From Phallusia mammillata (lineage: Eukaryota): DNA of 64,000 nt. Made by a program: the position numbers and the translations under genes. Of this stretch, positions 45,831 to 60,669 are shown one piece after another (position 1 is the stretch's first letter; every line of letters starts with the position of its first letter). Under the pieces are notes generated by a model, which saw only the letters and a program-made list of their open reading frames with translations, made no database searches and had not been told where the DNA came from. The DNA lies in contig OZ281499.1 in the NCBI GenBank assembly GCA_965637545.1, positions 26,164,001 through 26,228,000 on the forward strand, read 5' to 3'.

Positions 45831-47496
45831 ATGAAATTGTCGAGTGTCATGGAAAACAGAATCTAGTATTATGGAAGTAATACGTAAACAAAATTCTACT
45901 CCAAAACAAACTGATTAATGTTCTGGCGGTCGAAAGAAAAATTAGGTATGTAGTACTGCGTCATTTGATTGCATTGAAAAGTTCGCACGTAATCCATGAA
46001 TGTCTTTCACTTTTTAGTAAGTTGCCTTTAACTACATGCATTGAGCAGTCAAGGAAAGAGACGAAATTTGATCAACAATTGCCAAGTGTCAAAAAAGACC
46101 TTCAAACAATTTTAAATCGATAAACACTTAAAACAGCTGGTGGTCAAAAATTGCTTTCCAGGTTTTATTTAGTTACAAACCAGGTAACGTCAACCACTGT
46201 GTATTTCCTCGTTTCTTACTTAAAAGCAGTCAGGGGACAAAAAAGAAAAAAATGGGGGCTGTCTGAGCGCGCGTTCGGGAGCCACGTGTTGTGGATTATG
46301 TTCTAATGCCGCCTCAACGCTCACAGCAGAAGCAAACCGACTGCCACTGAACTAACAACAACAGTCAAGTACTCATAATTACTAATTTAAAGTTGCTGTT
46401 GGATAACTTAGTTATACAGAAAAACTCAGTAGTTTAGTGGTACTCAGAAAAATACACATGTTAAATCGTAAATGCTTGTCACCGGTAAACTTAGCAAGCA
46501 ATAAATGATTGGTTAGAAAAGTCACGTGTATCGTTTATGGCCAAAAGAATCAGCAACATGAGACCTCAAATACCGTGGAAGCAAACAGAAGCGCAAATCA
46601 GCCACGAAAAAAACGCGGATCATCACCGCACACGACGAGTCAACACGTGGAAGCGACCTTTGGAAAATTTCTAATAGCGCTGTGCGAGAGAAAAAAAAAG
46701 TTTTGGGGGGAATCAGACTCCCTTGAAAGAGTCGGCACGCTACAATGTAGTGAATATGTGCAGTTCGGTTGAGTTTACGGTGAAGTGAAGAACAAAGAAA
46801 CTCGGCGAAATTGCGCTTGGAACAGAATGTGTCGGACTGTCGGTGCTACGCGGCAAATTGGTCCAAAATTGTCGAAGGTTGGCAATGCAGTCGAAGCCGT
46901 CTTTTGGGCGTTTTTTTTCTTCGACATAAGCTGAGGACACCAGCAAATGTACAGTTATTGTGTAGGCCTTTTTAATACAATTTTCCGTAACTGTCACAAA
47001 AACGCCCATGCGTACTGTGTAGTGCATTCAGCAAAATATTTTGTGTCACAAGGCTTAATAAGCTCAACATCTCAACCTGTTGTTGTCGGATTTAAGCGGT
47101 AGAAAGGCGCCAATTTTACGTTAGTTATTTGGCCGAACATACGCGACTTTAATAGGAACATGCGCACTGACAACTTTCGTAGATGACCGAAGACAAAAAC
47201 TTTTACACGTGGTGCACGGTCGGCGACTCAAACGTTCAATGAAAGCGAATTTGCAACAGAAAAGGAAAAACAAACTGACCGCTTCCAAAGTTACGAAAAA
47301 TAGACAGTGCCATAAATATCGTAAGTGGGGTCGTAACTGCAATGTTATGGGTTACACCTTAGATTTATTTGCCATTGCATATTTTGAACTCTTCAGAATT
47401 ATATAGGAAAATTTTATGTCAGCAAAATAACCGAGCCAATACATTGATAAGATACTGTTGGGTTTAATTTTATTTAATAATTCATTATACATTAAA

Positions 47497-50400
47497 ATGG
47501 ACCAAAAACACGTAGTTGCACTGTTGGCTGTTTTCGATTTGTGTGGTGTGTCGTGTATCAACGCTCAGCCTTCGAACTGCATGGTTGGTACGAATATTTT
47601 AGTCGAAACTACCTGCGCTAGCGCTGAACTTTTCTGTGGGAGAACAGAAACAGCGAACGGCGGTAAGTATTAAATTGTTATAAGCCACCAAACCACAAAG
47701 GTTTGCTTTGGTAATTGACTTGTTCCACAAGTAGTAACAATTTAAACAATGTAATGTTGTACATTTTAGATACGGTAGGAGATTGTACTGCCACACTGGC
47801 CGCCTGTGACGCTCTCTGCGCCGAAACAACGTAAGTAGATGCAAACGAATCAAAAGAAATAAAAAAGGAAAACTGAAACTTTGTTGTCATTAACACCTCG
47901 ACATCAGTAAAGCTGTGACCACTGTGGTGGGAGTAAAGCATTGTGAAATATTACATTAACGCCTTTTCAGTGGCTGTGTATCAGCTTGCTGCAACGATGC
48001 AGATAATTGCAACAGTCCAACCGTTGCCGAGATGCGGAATGTGGTGACTTGCATGACGGGGTCAGTAACTGGTACGACACTCACTGGTACCACAACTTGC
48101 GCAGCAGGACAATTATGCGCCAGGACTGAAACAATTGATGCTACACGTAAGCAAAACAAAATGTTGGGGTGAAGAAGATTTGAAATAAACTCTTTAATCC
48201 TAACGTAAGATTGTAAGAATTTTAATAAGTTTACAAACTATCTGAAGTTCACGGTGGGACTACCGGCTCATAGTCGAAGCGTTTCGTTTTTACTTGGACT
48301 ATTACATCCTATAAAACGGTGATCTTAGAATGAACATATGCAAACTGTGTACAGCCAGGTTAAAACTATATGCTGGCACGAGATAACAGTTCATATGTAA
48401 CAATGTTAAGCATAAAAGGTTAAACAAACGCACATTCTTTTTCAGCCACAGTAACAACCTTTGGGTCGTGCGCGACACAAGCACAATGCTATTTGCTCTG
48501 CAGTGGTGTCACGTAAGTGAACAGTTTAATGAAGCCACAAACATTTCATGGGGCAAAACACGAGCTTTAAATAAAAAACATACTGCTTTCCAGAGATACG
48601 TGTGTATCGGCATGTTGTAACGATGCGGACAACTGCAATGACCGAACAGTTGACGATGTAAACGACATTTTACGGTGTGGAACTGGTTCAACTACCGATG
48701 GAAATCTTTCTGCCTACATGACCTGCGACACCGATGAACAATATGGAAGAACCGAAACTTCGGTTACAACGAATGGTGAATTCAAAAAAATATATATTTC
48801 AATTACTTTTTGACATGTACTACCAATGTCCAATCAATTTTTAGGAAATACTGTGGTGACAACCGTGGGATCTTGTCAAACATCGGGTGCTTGTGGAGGG
48901 GATCTGTGCAACAGCGCTGCGTAAGTTTCAGATTTACCATCATATCCACTAGCGGTTTGCATATTTGCAGACATAAGTATTTTAACTGAGGTAAAATAAA
49001 CGCGGTTTACATAACAATTGCGCAACAATTCTTTTTACACTGCAATCAAAGCAGTTTAGTCGGTTTGCTTTCAAATATCACAAACTTGAACTAAGACCTC
49101 TGATCAACAGCAAAAGCGCACAAAAAAAACAGTCAACGAAAAGGAAAGTAGTTGCGATGAAAAGCATTTCGAATCTTTTTTCTTCTTGCCATGGACATAG
49201 TTGCAAGCTCAGCAACAAAAAAATCAGCAATAAAAACAATAAATATCTTCTATTAGCACACAAAATGACCAAAATACGTTTTTAGAGGATGTGTGGATGC
49301 TTGCTGTAACGATGTAACACTTTGACAGTCGCTGAACAGACAGGCAGAGTTTGCATGGTTGGAACAACCAGAGTTGCAAGTCGGGCCGGGCTTTTCGGGC
49401 CGGGTTCGGGTTCGGGCTTAGGTATTTGTGAGAAAACGGGCTTAAAACGGGCCTGACTTTACGTTCCGTGTCCGCCATCGTTTTTTAAATAAAATCACTC
49501 AGCTAAGTAACAATTCTCTGGCTTTGACCCAATGCCCACCCTCCTCTAAAACGTATTGTTTACCCCATTGTCTACTATTGTTCATTGTGTTTGTTGTCTT
49601 TCTCTTTTTTCTATCTCATCCTTTGTTGCAAGGCTTTCGTGGATAGGCCTGTCAATCAAAATTTCGGGCCTAAACGGGCTTTGCAAAAACGTTTCGGGTT
49701 CGGGCCGGGCTTCGGGCTTATACTTTCGGGTTCGGGCCGGGTTCGGGCTCAGATTTCCGTCCCGCTTGCAACTCTGGGAACAACCACCACAATTGGAAGC
49801 AACGCTGCAACTGAAAGTATGGTGGCCACACATTGCAGTCCAAACCTTTTACTGTGCAAAAACTGAAACCACCACAACAGCAAGTAAGATCCGACACATA
49901 ACTCTACTTAACTTAATGTTGCCTTTCAACAATATAGATTACACAACAATACACATAACTTGTTTTTTTAGATTCTGTCGATACTGTAGTTGTTGTTGGT
50001 TCATGCCAAGCTACAGTCATCTCTTGTGAACTACTTTGTGTTGGTGTTGCGTAAGTAAATAATAAAAAAAACTTTTAGTCCAGTGAGGATGCAAAAATAC
50101 CTGAAAAAATTGCATAAATCCAGAACTTTGCCATAAAGTTGTACTTGTCAGTCATTTTAAAACATGCAAACTGTAAACTCAAAACATGTTATATTGTGTT
50201 ACAGGGGTTGCATGGCAGCATGTTGCAATGATGCCGACAACTGTAACAGCGAAATAGTCACTGATATCAAGAACGTAGTGAGATGTGGAGATGGGACATT
50301 ATCAACCGAGGGAGTATTTCCAACCCCAGCTATGGCATGCCAAGCTACGGAACAATGTGGTAGAACAGAAACAACCACAAACGGTAATTCAAAGTTAGGC

Positions 50401-52455
50401 TTTAGTGCGCGGTTTAAAACTTACGGTCGTAATAGTTACTAATGTTTGTCATTTTTTTGCAGAAATTGTGTTTCTGCTTGCTGTAACAATGCTGACACAT
50501 GCAACACTCTAACCGTAGCCATGCAGAACAGTCCAATTTGTAAGGTTGGAACAACTACCACAGTTGGAAGCAACGCTGCAACTGGAAGTTTGGTGGCCAC
50601 ACATTGTAGTCCCAATATGTTCTGTGGAAGAACTGAAACCACAAAAACAGCAGGTGAAAACCATCGGTATGATGTTGAAACTATTCGTCTAAACTTTAAA
50701 ACCACCATTTTGCAGACAACGTGGACACAGTGGTTGTTGTTGGATCATGCCAAGCTTCAGCAGACTCATGCGACTTGCTCTGTGCAGATGACTCGTAAGT
50801 TTATAAGTTCACACGCTACAAAAACCAATATAACCAACATTACACAACTGCGTCCGCGCATGTTGTAACAATGCTGACGGTTGCAACAGTGTTTCGGTTG
50901 CTATGATGACAAGCACGCTGACTTGTTACGATCAAGCAGTTACAGGAACAGCGACAGCTTTAACCACAACAGCGGACTGCACCACCGATCAAGTTTGTGC
51001 TAGAACAGAAACCGGAACTGGAAGTAAGTCCTGTTGGTGTGGATAGTTACGTCGTTCTGTATGACTTAGGTTTGAATTACATGGAAACTTATTGTAAATG
51101 GACATGGTAAAGGTAACTAGTTTTTATTCGGCAGTGAGAATCGTGCACTTTAAGCAATTATTTGCTGTTGAAAAAGTCAAATAAACAACAGAACTGACAA
51201 ACGGCTTCCCCTGTGTACAATAATACGCGATTTTACTGCCGAACAAAAACTAACACCAGAGCAAAGATTATTTTACCGCAATAATGTTCGAACAGATACA
51301 GCAGAAGTTGTTACATCTTGTCAAGCTGCAACTGCATGTGCAACATTGTGTGGCTCAACTCAGTAAGTATTCAACTATGTCACAATTTCTATTACTGCCT
51401 GAAACAAGTAATAATCTCTTAAAGCGCCGTGCACAATACGTCCTAGAAGCTTAAATCATAGTTTTAGTTTTTGAACCAATGGACTTTGGGTTTTCGGGAA
51501 CTCCTAATTGGGAAGCAGTGACCCAAATTAATAGTTGTCAGCAAACCAGTTTATTCTATTTCATCAGCCTGTGAGATCAAAACACAGGTTACAATAGACA
51601 AGGGTCAATTTTATTTGTGATTTTTTTATTTGTCTATTTTTTCACAGAAATTGTGTGAGTGCTTGCTGCAGCAGCTCGGATCTCTGCAACATTTTAACAG
51701 TGAGCCAACAAACAGCCCGAAACTGTTACGTTGGAAGTTCAACTTCAGACACACCAGTTATGGATATGACTTACACTCGGTGCGCTGCATCTGAACAATG
51801 CGGAAGAACTCAAACCTCTGCAACATCCGGAAGTAAGTCTTGTACGACGTTACCTAATGCTTGGGTCTTATTTGGACTTTCGTGCGTAACAACCCTAACT
51901 AAACTACTGATAATGGACATTATACTCCATGAGCATATTTATATTTTGCAGAGATATTTTCTAATTTTGATTTGCTAATGTCCAGGTACAACAACAGTGA
52001 CTACAGTTGGATCTTGTACAGCAGCAACTGCATGCGACACACTTTGTGGAACGTAAGTTGGTAAAACATACTCATAAAATACTGTAACTGTCTCAAATTT
52101 CACACAAACCTTTGCCCTTAACTTGTATACAAATGGATTCATACTAACTTCGTCCCGTCAAATGTAATAATAACATCATTTCTTTTAACATGCATATTAA
52201 CATGTTTTCAGAAAAGAAGAAAAAAGAACAAACAGCAAAACATGACTATCTTATTTTCATAGAGCGGCAAACTGTGTATCAACTTGCTGTGACACGGACG
52301 GTTGCAACTCTGCCGCTATTGCCACAACAACAACCACTTCTATAACCACCACCACTGCAGCAGAAACTACAACAACTGGTGGTGCTGAACATGCAGCACA
52401 AATTAATATGTTGGTGATGATGGGTCTTGTGGTTCTCGGTTGGTTCATGGCTTAA
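47497..52455 (+). CDS. Ly6/uPAR-repeat gene, copy 2
   Basis: Same exon set and shared lesions as copy 1, plus Cys>Tyr at 48742-48744 and a hAT MITE in exon 7. Confidence 0.7.
49369..49776. mobile_element. hAT MITE, 408 bp, specific to unit 2
   Basis: TIR CAGAGTTGCAAG, 8-bp TSD GGAACAAC and many TCGGGC subterminal repeats; empty site near 2612-2619. Confidence 0.93.
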
Positions 52456-54499
52456 TCGATGTGTTTCCAATGCATCAGCATTACTGTGTTTGTGTGATTT
52501 AGAGAATATATATCCAAGTTTAAACTATTTTCTTACGTTGCACATGGATTTCAACCTACTGTGAAGTGTGTTAATGTAAGCTGTGTCTCAGTGTTATAAA
52601 ACTATTAAACTGATTCTGTACATTCCAAAAGCGTTTGCAATTTCGCCAAATATAACTTTTGTAGTAAAATGCCTGTGATTTATGATTCAGATGAAGTCAA
52701 ATCGTGTGCACAATAGTTCTACACTCGACGCTAATGACTCAAAATAAAAACGCGGAAAAGACGCGTAAACACAAAAGTAGCGCAGCATGAAAAACGTTTT
52801 TCGATGTCTTAGATTACCCAGTTTTTTTGCTATCTGTAATCACTCAGCACCGATCTATGTCTTACCTTACAATGACAGTCACCAAACATTATAAAATTCA
52901 CAACATTAACTGGGATTAATTTGAACCGATTCTGTACATTCCAATACCTATTCCAGAAATAAAAAAATAGTTTGTTGTGTGAAAAAATGTGTTACATCCT
53001 CATGCATAGACCCGTCCGAAATTTAAAGAATGGTTTAACACCAATTTTTGCTCAATGCCTTTGGTATAATAGGGCAGTTAACAGGCAAAAAACATGCAAA
53101 ATTTAAACAACATAAAGTCACCCGTAATTTAGGCAACCAGACATGACAACCCGCAGTAAACACCACAAAAACACGCTTCCATTCAACACGAAATAATGGG
53201 GCACGGGCTAAAAGTGTTGATGTTTTTTGTTTAACTCGAGTGCGAAAAGGGAGTTTTGGTGTAACTCTATCCTATTGAATTGATTGCGACACCACGGTGA
53301 TGTGCATAGAAGAGCAACGCCGAGTTGTTTTTACACTGTTGGGAGCTGTTTTAATAATAAAGCGTATGTTCACTCTGTTACTCTGCAATAAAGGTAAACT
53401 TTAGCACTAGAACAAATAAAAACTGGGCTGCTATGTAGACATTACTGATATCGACCTGATAAAAACATTAACGTTGAAAAACAGAATTAAAAAAAAAAAA
53501 ACAGGTTCAAGCAGCGTGAACTTATTCAACAGTGGCAAGCACATTGTTTCCCCCCAACCACAAAAATTGATACATAAATTTTACAAACTTCGGTTGGTAA
53601 TGGACATTACAAATTAGAATTTAAGGGGTCTTGTAGACGTTCATCACCTAATCCATGCACGATAGGGTTTCGTTGTGAAAATTGTTCCATAACCACCAGC
53701 AAAACAAACGTTATATAGACACTTTACAAGTGATGCATTTCAAAGTTTTTTAAACAAACCGCTGTATATTAAAAACAAGCTATAAAGGTCTTCGCTGACA
53801 TATTGTATATTTTGGCCCGAAACCAAACAACATGAGGATTTTGGTTGCCGATCAACACTGATGCCTTACGTCAAACGTAACGAACGGCAGCCCGGTTAAT
53901 ACCGTAAGGTGGCGATCTTAAGCGATTTAAAAGAACGAAAGTGTTGCCTATTCAGTTTCAAACGGCAAAAATGATTTGCTCTTTGTTGGATTTGCAGAAC
54001 GCATATACCATGAGGACCAGATGTTTGTGTAGAACATAAAAAATACCTCATCTATCAAGGTTTGTAGTTTTCTATGCATTTTAAGTATTAATTTAAACGA
54101 CAACTTGTTTAGCCACGTGAGGGCAGTCTACACCCAATAACGAACAAAAAAGAGGGAGGGGCTTGATCGATTCCTAGCACGAGAAAATGACCGTGTTATA
54201 TACAGAAAAACAATATACACTAAATTTAGTTTGACGTAAACATGTATAATCAAATGGACCGTGAATGGATTTGCCAGATATTCGGCTACAAACCAGGGGC
54301 GGCATTACGAACACATCTCGCTAAGTTTAGCGAGCTCGGTATAGACGCACGACCTCGTTAACTCGAGATTTGGTATTACGAACCCCCGTCTCGCTAACCG
54401 GGCCTCGCTAAACTCCTCGCTAAGTAGCGAGGAGCTCAGACCACTCGCTAACGCCGAATTATTCCGGACATAGCCGCACAGCTGCGTCAGCAAATAATA

Positions 54500-55646
54500 A
54501 TGGCTGCCTATTTTGCGGTAAAACGCTCAAATAAACGAAAAAAGGTCAGACAAAATCCTCTAGAAATGTCGGACGTAGAATTAATTTCAGAATACCGAAT
54601 GCCGAAAGCTGTAATAATGGATTTGTGCAACCATTTGCACGAAGATTTAAAACCGAAAAGTGCCAGTAAAAGATGTCTTACAGTGGAAGAACAAGTTTTG
54701 ATATCACTAAAACTTTTGGCATCGGGAAGCTTTCAAAATTCAGCCAAGGACAATATTAATGTGTCACAACCAACTGTTAGTGTGGTACTAAGTCGATTTA
54801 TGGACAGTTTGATTTCAAAACGACATCAATTTATCCACATGCCAAACAGGGTGTCTTCAACAATGATAAAGCAACACTTTTACTCAATTGCACGGTTTCC
54901 TGGTGTCATAGGTGCCATTGATGGAACACATATTCCCATAATTGCACCAAGTGAAGAAGAACATCTCTTTGTTAACAGAAAGGGTTATCATTCTATCAAT
55001 GTGCAGGCAAGTTGTATACTTTTCCCTTGTTATATATTGGTTTCATTTTTAAATTATTTTTGCAGGCTATATGTGACGCCAATATGGTGTTTTTGGATGT
55101 GGTATGCAAGTGGCCTGGCTCATGTCATGATGCATTCATTCTTCGACAATCAAATGTATACCAGGATTTTGAGGATGGAAAATATCATGACGACATTTTG
55201 CTAGGTGACAGTGGTTATCCATTAAAACCTTGGTTAATGACACCTCTTAGCCACCCAAGTACCCCTTCATAACAGAAGTATAATAAGGCTCACAAACAAA
55301 CACGATCAACAGTAGAGAAGTAAGTTACATTTGTCCTGCATCTCTTAATGTGAACATAAATGATAATAAAGCTTTGTTGTTTAGGTCATTTGGTGTTTTG
55401 AAACAAAGATGGAGAGTTATTGATCACACAGGAGGAAGGTTATGTTATTCACCTCTACAAGTTTGTAAAATTACAATGTGTTGTTTCATTCTGCACAATA
55501 TTTGTCGCCTTTACAATGTGCCACTGCCTCAACCACTGCCAGCAAATGCTGACATAGATTCGCTTTTAGACACCACCACAACAAATGAAATTCATGACTT
55601 GCAAGGTAGTACTGTGAAAGATTCGATTATTTCCACATTCCAATAA
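54500..55646 (+). pseudogene. Harbinger transposase, copy 2, with a nonsense codon
   Basis: Exons 54500-55006, 55066-55319 and 55385-55646; CAA>TAA at 55270-55272, before the catalytic Glu. Confidence 0.9.
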
Positions 55647-55952
55647 AGATGTTTGTGAAATGTTTTTTGTGGTTGTTTATTGCAAAAAGTGGCAACACAG
55701 CAACACAGAAATGAACTTGAAAAATAGGTAACAGAACACTGAACGAATATGAAAGTCATAAGGTAGGTAAGAATAACAGTGAAGAATAGGAAACTACTGA
55801 AGTAGGGCAATTAAAAACAGTGAACAAGAATGAATAAAACCTTGACAGGCTTGCACAGATTGAGGCCTTTAACCAGCAGTGAAAGTAGTAAATAACAGAA
55901 AATTGAAAAACACATGCAGAAAAAAGCATACTGTTAAAAATGCATATTAAAT

Positions 55953-56844
55953 CTAACCATCAACTGTAAAGGGTTGACTGCAGGTTAATTCAACTTTACT
56001 GGTTTCAGACAACTGCAACTTTTGTCGCTTCAAATCATTTGCTATTATCATTTGTTCCAACTGTTGCTGTTGAATTATAGCTATGTTTGATATTTGGACA
56101 TAAATTTCTTTTTGTATGTCAACTATGTCCTTTTCTGGATCACGACGGCGGCGCTTTGCTTTGGGTTGTAATGATGCTTCAGAGTGTGACGATGCAGGGC
56201 TCACTGGTTCTTCAATTATTTCAAAAAGACTGTCATCTATAGTCGAACATGTGAATGCCACCGGTTCTTCCACATCTTGAGGTGCTTGGCTTGTAGTGGC
56301 AACCTGGGAAACACTTCCTACAAAAAAAATTAAGCATTACAAGTGTATGAACCATTTCTAACGTAACAAAGGGTACTTAACTGTCACTGCTTTCAAGTGA
56401 TGATGCACCTTTTATTCCATACACTGCCTGTTGTCCAATTTGATAATGAACATCTGAAGGTGGTGTAGCTTTGTTCACACCACCACCAGTTTTAGTTGAT
56501 TCTTTTTTCCATTCCGACACTGATTTTTTTGCAACACTTTTTAGATCCCACCACTTATGTTCCACTTGCTCAATTGTGCGATTAACACCACTGATATTGA
56601 CTGAATTAACCTATAAAATATCATAATCTATGTACAGCAGTAATAAAAAAATATTGTGCACAAATCTTACCATAGTTGTCACTATTTTCCAAGCTTGTTG
56701 TTTTGAAGCAACTGTAATTTCTGGTGAAAATGAACCCAGAATGCATTTTGCATGTTTTTCCACTGCATTAACTAATGCTTCTACTTCAGCAGCTGTCCAT
56801 CTTGGAGATCGCTTTTTCACAATTTTACTGGTCTTTGTATCCAT
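55953..56844 (-). CDS. Harbinger Myb/SANT-like protein, copy 2
   Basis: Same three-exon structure as copy 1, open when spliced. Confidence 0.86.
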
Positions 56845-56940
56845 AATCAATTTACTTTTTTAAAAACTAAAGCTTACACAATGACTAAACACAAGAATAA
56901 AATAATTCGGCGTAAAACTTCCAAAACAATGCCGCCAATG

Positions 56941-59900
56941 CATAGATACTACATACCCAAGATATAAAGCAAATTTCTATGTTTCTCTGTGAACCAATTA
57001 GATATTGAGTTGTCACTATGCGCCGCTAGTGGTAGCGGTACACTTGTCGAGATTTTGCAGACAGCTTAGTGTAGCTTTAGTTAAATAAAGTTTGTTTCAG
57101 TCAAATTTTATGCTTATTGTATCGTGTAATGTAGTATAATACAGTGACAACAACTATAGCGCGGTAATAACCAACTAAAACTGTTTCAAATTCTTCATTG
57201 CAGTGAATAAAAAGTCTATATTCCTAAAACAGATTTCGGGTGACACTAAAACGCTGAATGGGCGGGATGGGCGGGACGTCGCGGAAACCGCTCAATATCG
57301 GGTAAATTGCTGACGGTTAGTGCTATTAGGGTTAGGTTGAGGTTTTATAATAGTATATGAATCAAAAAATGTCCCTGCCTAAAACTTATTCAACTATTTC
57401 CTGACATTAGGCAAAAATGCTATGGCGGGACGTCGCGGGAGATGGCGGGACGTTTCGGGCGCGGAATGTAGTGTTCGGCGGAATTTTTTTTAATGATTTT
57501 CTATTATAAAACCTTATCCCAACCTTAATAGCTCCAACCGTCAGCAATTTAACCCGATATTTAGCGGTTTTCACGACGTCCCGCCATCTCCCGCGACGTC
57601 CCGCCCTCCATTCCGCCCATTCAGCGTTTCAGTGTCACCCCAGATTTCCATTTGCGAGAGGATTAGAGATTTTTTTTCACGACGTTTTGCGTAAATTATC
57701 AGTTTTTAACTTATTAAATTGTGTGCATTCAGTTGTGAAATAACTGACAAATATATTTTCATTTGCAGCATTCTTTATTTTGTCAAGAATTGCTTTTTTT
57801 CTGATAAGAAGATGTAAATTTTTGTGTTTAGCATAATCTTGTGCTGATTAAAATTGTTGTTGTTTTTGCAATTAAAATGCATCAACTAAAAAGTCCCAAT
57901 GTTAAATTATTGTATAAATTACCTATCTGTTTAAATTACTATTTTTAGAAAAACATCTGTTTAAAAATTGCTGTGTTTCTTGTAAAAGTTTGACAAGGCT
58001 GCAACAAGCTGACCATAAACCACCATGATTTCTCTCCTGATATTTTGCAGGAAGCTTGCCACTGCTCAGTGTCTTAATGAATTGCCTTCAACGTGTACTG
58101 ATGGAAAAATATGGTTATATAAATTGGATTTAAAACAAATCTTTCAGTTGAATATTGGTTTGGTGATAAAGTTTTCTCAAAATTCTTCCACCAATGTAAG
58201 AAATTATGTCAATTTGTTGTTTGCCGACAGATTTAGAGATTTTGTCATATTGTTAAACTTGTAGGTTGCACATTGTTTAATGGTAACCTATGTTGCCTAT
58301 TGTTAAACCTATGCTGTACTTTAATAAAGTAATGTTACACATAATGTGCCATACACAGATTTACTTAAGAAAAACATGGGTTGCACATAGATTGGGTTTT
58401 TATGGGACAAGATTATTTAATGTATATATTGCTAATTAGACTATATGTTTTTCAATTGACTATGTAAACAATTTTGACAATTTTTGACCTTTACTAAAAA
58501 TTTTGACAATTTTTTTTTAAAGAAATCAAAAAATAATCACCCTAATGATAATCTGCAAAAAAGTTATTAACAATCTATAAGAAGTGTGTCATTTGTCAAC
58601 CCTGGACCTTTCCAACAAAATAAAGAGCTAAATTTCCATGACTTGATGAACCATTTGATGAAGTCTTCCCCTTGATATTGTGGATTTAAGAGGTAAGATA
58701 TTTACACAGAACAAAGTGTATTGCAGGTGCCCCGAAGTTCAATGCTGTCATTAAATTTGTTGTTTCAGATTGCTGAATGTTTGAATTAAAGCCACAAAGT
58801 TGGATCCTAGCAAGCCAATGGAAATGTACTTTCCAAGCATTTCGTGGAGCCTGCAAATAGCAAGAAGATGCTTTTACAAAACAATCTAAATAATCAAGGT
58901 ATTTTTTAAAGGCGTGTCATTGCCATTAATAATTGCTAACAACATGACATCTGTAAGATAAACTTGAGCGTTTTTTTACACATATATATGTAAGGTTAAA
59001 AAACTACAGCCATCATCACCACTACTTGGATACTGCCATCATCACCACTACTTGGAGGTGTTATAAGTACAATGTAAAGATCATCAATATATTGAAAACT
59101 GTCAGTAACCAGACATTATTATTATTAGTTTCTTGGGGTCAGGTACTGGATATACATGTAACCAATGTGCTTATTTTTAAAAATTATAGTAAGTGTGTAC
59201 CACTTTTTGCAGTGTGGATGTGACAGATGCTGGAGATGGTATCATACAAGTTGCACTGGGATCCCAGAAAGTTTTGCTGCTTCTGTATGCTGGCCAAATC
59301 CTGTTTGATTTAAAGAGCTTTTTTATTGTTTACTTCCATTTCTCATTCTGTGTAATAAACAAAATAGCATATTACTGTTTTTGTCACACATAAGTTAACA
59401 TGCAGAAGCGAGAAGCAAAAATGACTAAAAACCTAATTTTACTTTTAGCAAATATGTTTAGCAATAATAAGGATAATTTTGTGTGTTTAAAGGGAATGCC
59501 AAAAAAACTATGCATACTTTGTAAGCTGTAATTTTCACAAAAATTGCACTGTCGGTGTGTTCCCGTTTTTTGTCAATTTCCACCTTGTTTTAAAACTGAT
59601 CCTTACTCTGAGTTGCTGTGTCTTCAAACTCTGAAATGAATTTACTTAGTATTTCAATACAAAGATTACTTTCCTTAGATCTTATGGTAAAAAAATAAAT
59701 ATAAAACAAAAATTACCAGCAGGTCCAGTAATATGATAATATCCAGTTTTGTTGTGTCTTGCATGTATTGCTGATCTGTCATAAAATGTAAAACGTTTTT
59801 TCCTTGCTGTTCAAACACTAACCAAAACTTGACTAAGTATTACAGGAAACAGCAGCAAAAGTATTTTTTTCCAAGTGTGGAGCTGTAATTCTTGGCTAAG

Positions 59901-60194
59901 ATTAAAATCAGTTCATTCTGGGTGATTACTTTCTCTAAGTATTACTTATATAAGATATAAAACACGTCTTTGATGCTTCATAAAGGTTAGTTTCAAACAA
60001 ATTAAGATTCACAAAAGCGGCAGATGAAGTGGTTGACATGTAATAGCCGAATTAAAACAGTTGCGACCGATCTAAATCAATCTGCTCAGTAGCCAGGAGG
60101 AACAGACAACGCTAAACTGTACCGCTACCACTAGCGGCGCTACGTGCCAACTCAATATCAATGCGCTTGCCATCTTGTGTATGTAGTATCTATG
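56941..60194. mobile_element. P-like non-autonomous element, copy 2
   Basis: Same TIRs; TSD GCCAATG at 56934-56940 and 60195-60201. Confidence 0.7.
57238..57640. mobile_element. GG-terminal MITE with an 8-bp TSD, copy 2
   Basis: TSD CAGATTTC at 57230-57237 and 57641-57648. Confidence 0.8.
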
Positions 60195-60669
60195 GCCAAT
60201 GTCCACGTGAAGCTCAACTGCTAACAAAAACGGCCTTCCACAAGATGTCGCAAAGCGCGACTTCCTGATTTTGCTGAGTCAGACGTCTTTTTTCTCACGA
60301 TTTTGACGCATTCTCTCGTTTTTGCGTCAGGCTTTAGCGAGGCGTTTGCGAGGACACTTCGTAATACCAAATACGTTAGCGAGTTTCTCGCTCGCTAAGT
60401 CCTCGCTAAAAAATATTTCAGCGAGCTCGTTAAGTCAGCGAGCGAGGAAGTGTTGATAATGCCGCCCCAGATCTCAATGTTTTTTTTAGAGCTAATAAGC
60501 AATTTCAACAACACAGAAGACATGCGTGTCAGATTTATGTATTGAGTACAAAAAGGCAAAATTTACAATCCACTGTGTATCAATATAGATGGTAACGTCA
60601 TAAACAGATTAAACTAATCGCCAAACGGTTTGGTTTAATCTTTGCATTAAGTTAGAAATCTATCGAAAC

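Larger units (their letters stand above)
54297..60467. mobile_element. PIF/Harbinger transposon, copy 2 (6171 bp including the nested P-like element)
   Basis: Same TIRs; TSD CAG at 54294-54296 and 60468-60470. Confidence 0.93.

Noticed and set aside
46509-47030. Possible transposase remnant upstream of the LU gene (VEATFGK resembles VExxFG)
   Set aside because: A single weak motif, stops in all frames, and no TIR or TSD found.
49556-50029. 157-aa and neighbouring ORFs in unit 2
   Set aside because: They are created by the GC-rich MITE fused to exon 7 sequence.
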